Below are positions 62,937 to 64,000 of a DNA stretch of 64,000 nt, piece after piece. Source of the stretch: Halobacteria archaeon (lineage in GTDB: Archaea; Halobacteriota; Syntropharchaeia; JACQPP01); the NCBI GenBank assembly GCA_038869515.1, contig JAWCQZ010000003.1, positions 126,884-190,883 on the forward strand. Direction: 5' to 3'. The first letter of the stretch is position 1. Each line of letters starts with the position of its first letter. A program made the translations under genes and the position numbers. Under the pieces are notes generated by a model. That model saw only the letters and a list, made by a program, of their open reading frames with translations. It did no database searches and had not been told where the DNA came from.

Positions 62937-64000
62937 ATGGGGACGATTTTCAAGGCCTACGACATCCGGGGCGTCTACCCTCGGGAACTGGACGAGGCGG
63001 TGGCCCAGCGCATCGGCTACGCCGCGGGGACCCTCTGGCGCGGCCGGGTGGTGGTGGGGCACGACGTCCGGAGGTCCTCTCCGGCTCTCCGCCGGAGCCT
63101 CGTGAAGGGGCTGGCGGCGGCGGGGTGCGAAATCCTCGATGCGGGCCTCGTCTGCACTCCCCTCGTCCCCTTCGCGGTCAAGAAATACGGGTGCGCCCTC
63201 GGGGTCTCCATCACCGCCTCCCACAACCCCCCCGAATACAACGGGCTCAAACTCTTCGGCCCGGACGGATTGCCTCTCAGCTACGACACCGGCATCGCGG
63301 CCCTGGAGCGGGAGACGGCCCGCCTCGGGAGCCCGGAGGTCCTGCCGGAGCAGGCCGCCAGGCGCCGCGGGACCGAACCGGCGGTGGACGCGAAGCGCCG
63401 GTCCCCCGTCTCCCTGAAGGCGGGGGTCCGGGCGAGGGCCCGGCGCGTCCCGCTCCGCCACGACTACGGCCTCTTTCTCAAGCGCTCCTTCGGGACTCTC
63501 CCCCGGCGACTCTCGGTGGTGGTGGACGCGGCCAACGGCCCCGCGGGCCGGGTCTACGCCTCCCTCCTGCGCACCTTCGCGCGGGTCCACCCCCTCCACT
63601 GCGAGCCCGACGGCGACTTCCCGAACCACGAGCCCGACCCCGCCAAGGTCGAGAATCTCGCGGACCTTCAAAAGGAGGTGCGGCGCGCCGGGGCGGATGT
63701 GGGCCTCGGCTACGACGGGGACGGAGACCGGCTGGGGGTCGTGGACGACCTGGGGCGGGCGGTCCCGCCGGAGAAGGTTCTCGCCCTCCTGGCGGGCGCA
63801 GTCCTCCAGAAGCGGCCTGGGGGGAAGGTGGTCCACGACGTCCTGGCCAGCCGCTTCGTGGATGATGCCGTCCGGGCCCTGGGGGGGCAGCCCGTCGAGT
63901 GCCGGGTCGGCCACACCTTCATCAGCCAGCGGATGGCCGAGACCCGCGCCGTTTTCGCCGGGGAGCTTTCGGGCCACTACTACTTCGAGGAGACCGGCTA
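62937..64000 (+). CDS. Phosphohexomutase (phosphoglucosamine/phosphomannomutase family); 3' end runs off the window
   Basis: Active-site Ser loop SITASHNPPEYNGLK and metal-binding GLGYDGDGDR; no stop codon before the window end. Confidence 0.8.
   Translation, partial: MGTIFKAYDIRGVYPRELDEAVAQRIGYAAGTLWRGRVVVGHDVRRSSPALRRSLVKGLAAAGCEILDAGLVCTPLVPFAVKKYGCALGVSITASHNPPEYNGLKLFGPDGLPLSYDTGIAALERETARLGSPEVLPEQAARRRGTEPAVDAKRRSPVSLKAGVRARARRVPLRHDYGLFLKRSFGTLPRRLSVVVDAANGPAGRVYASLLRTFARVHPLHCEPDGDFPNHEPDPAKVENLADLQKEVRRAGADVGLGYDGDGDRLGVVDDLGRAVPPEKVLALLAGAVLQKRPGGKVVHDVLASRFVDDAVRALGGQPVECRVGHTFISQRMAETRAVFAGELSGHYYFEETG

Overview
High-G+C (roughly two-thirds or more G+C by eye) archaeal chromosomal segment, densely packed with about 80 protein-coding genes and one tRNA-Ser(UGA). 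Promoters look archaeal: TATA-like boxes sit about 25 bp upstream of many start codons, implying leaderless transcripts. I found no rRNA, CRISPR array, transposase or integrase. Content is mostly housekeeping: amt-glnK nitrogen uptake, a six-gene nuo-type cluster (nuoABCD, nuoH, nuoI) interrupted by a rhomboid protease gene, pyrBI, guaB, ilvC, panE, hflX, tatD, tRNA-splicing endonuclease, ribosomal proteins S15 and uL15, sugar-nucleotide enzymes, transporters. Cofactor genes point to an F420/tetrahydromethanopterin-using lineage (mtd, cofE, cofC, mptA, a PTPS/QueD-like gene), and an MC1 chromatin protein and a DUF835 membrane protein suggest a Methanomicrobia-like euryarchaeon; this is inference, not a database result. 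Accessory content worth a second look: (1) a small island at about 10.3-12.0 kb with a visibly low-G+C zinc-ribbon membrane protein gene, a HicAB module bracketed by 18-bp direct repeats, and an antitoxin/RelE pair behind a palindromic operator; (2) three families of short palindromic intergenic repeats plus a 26-bp motif present twice; (3) a signal-peptide, membrane-anchored HerA/FtsK-like ATPase with an extracellular domain; (4) a membrane-tethered winged-helix regulator next to a secreted coiled-coil protein; (5) an ArsA-like ATPase with a degenerate P-loop. All calls rest on reading the six-frame translations, third-codon-position G+C bias and motif recognition; no searches were run. Many ORF-track starts are TTG/GTG extensions, so I trimmed starts where an ATG with a TATA box or a conserved N-terminus supported it.
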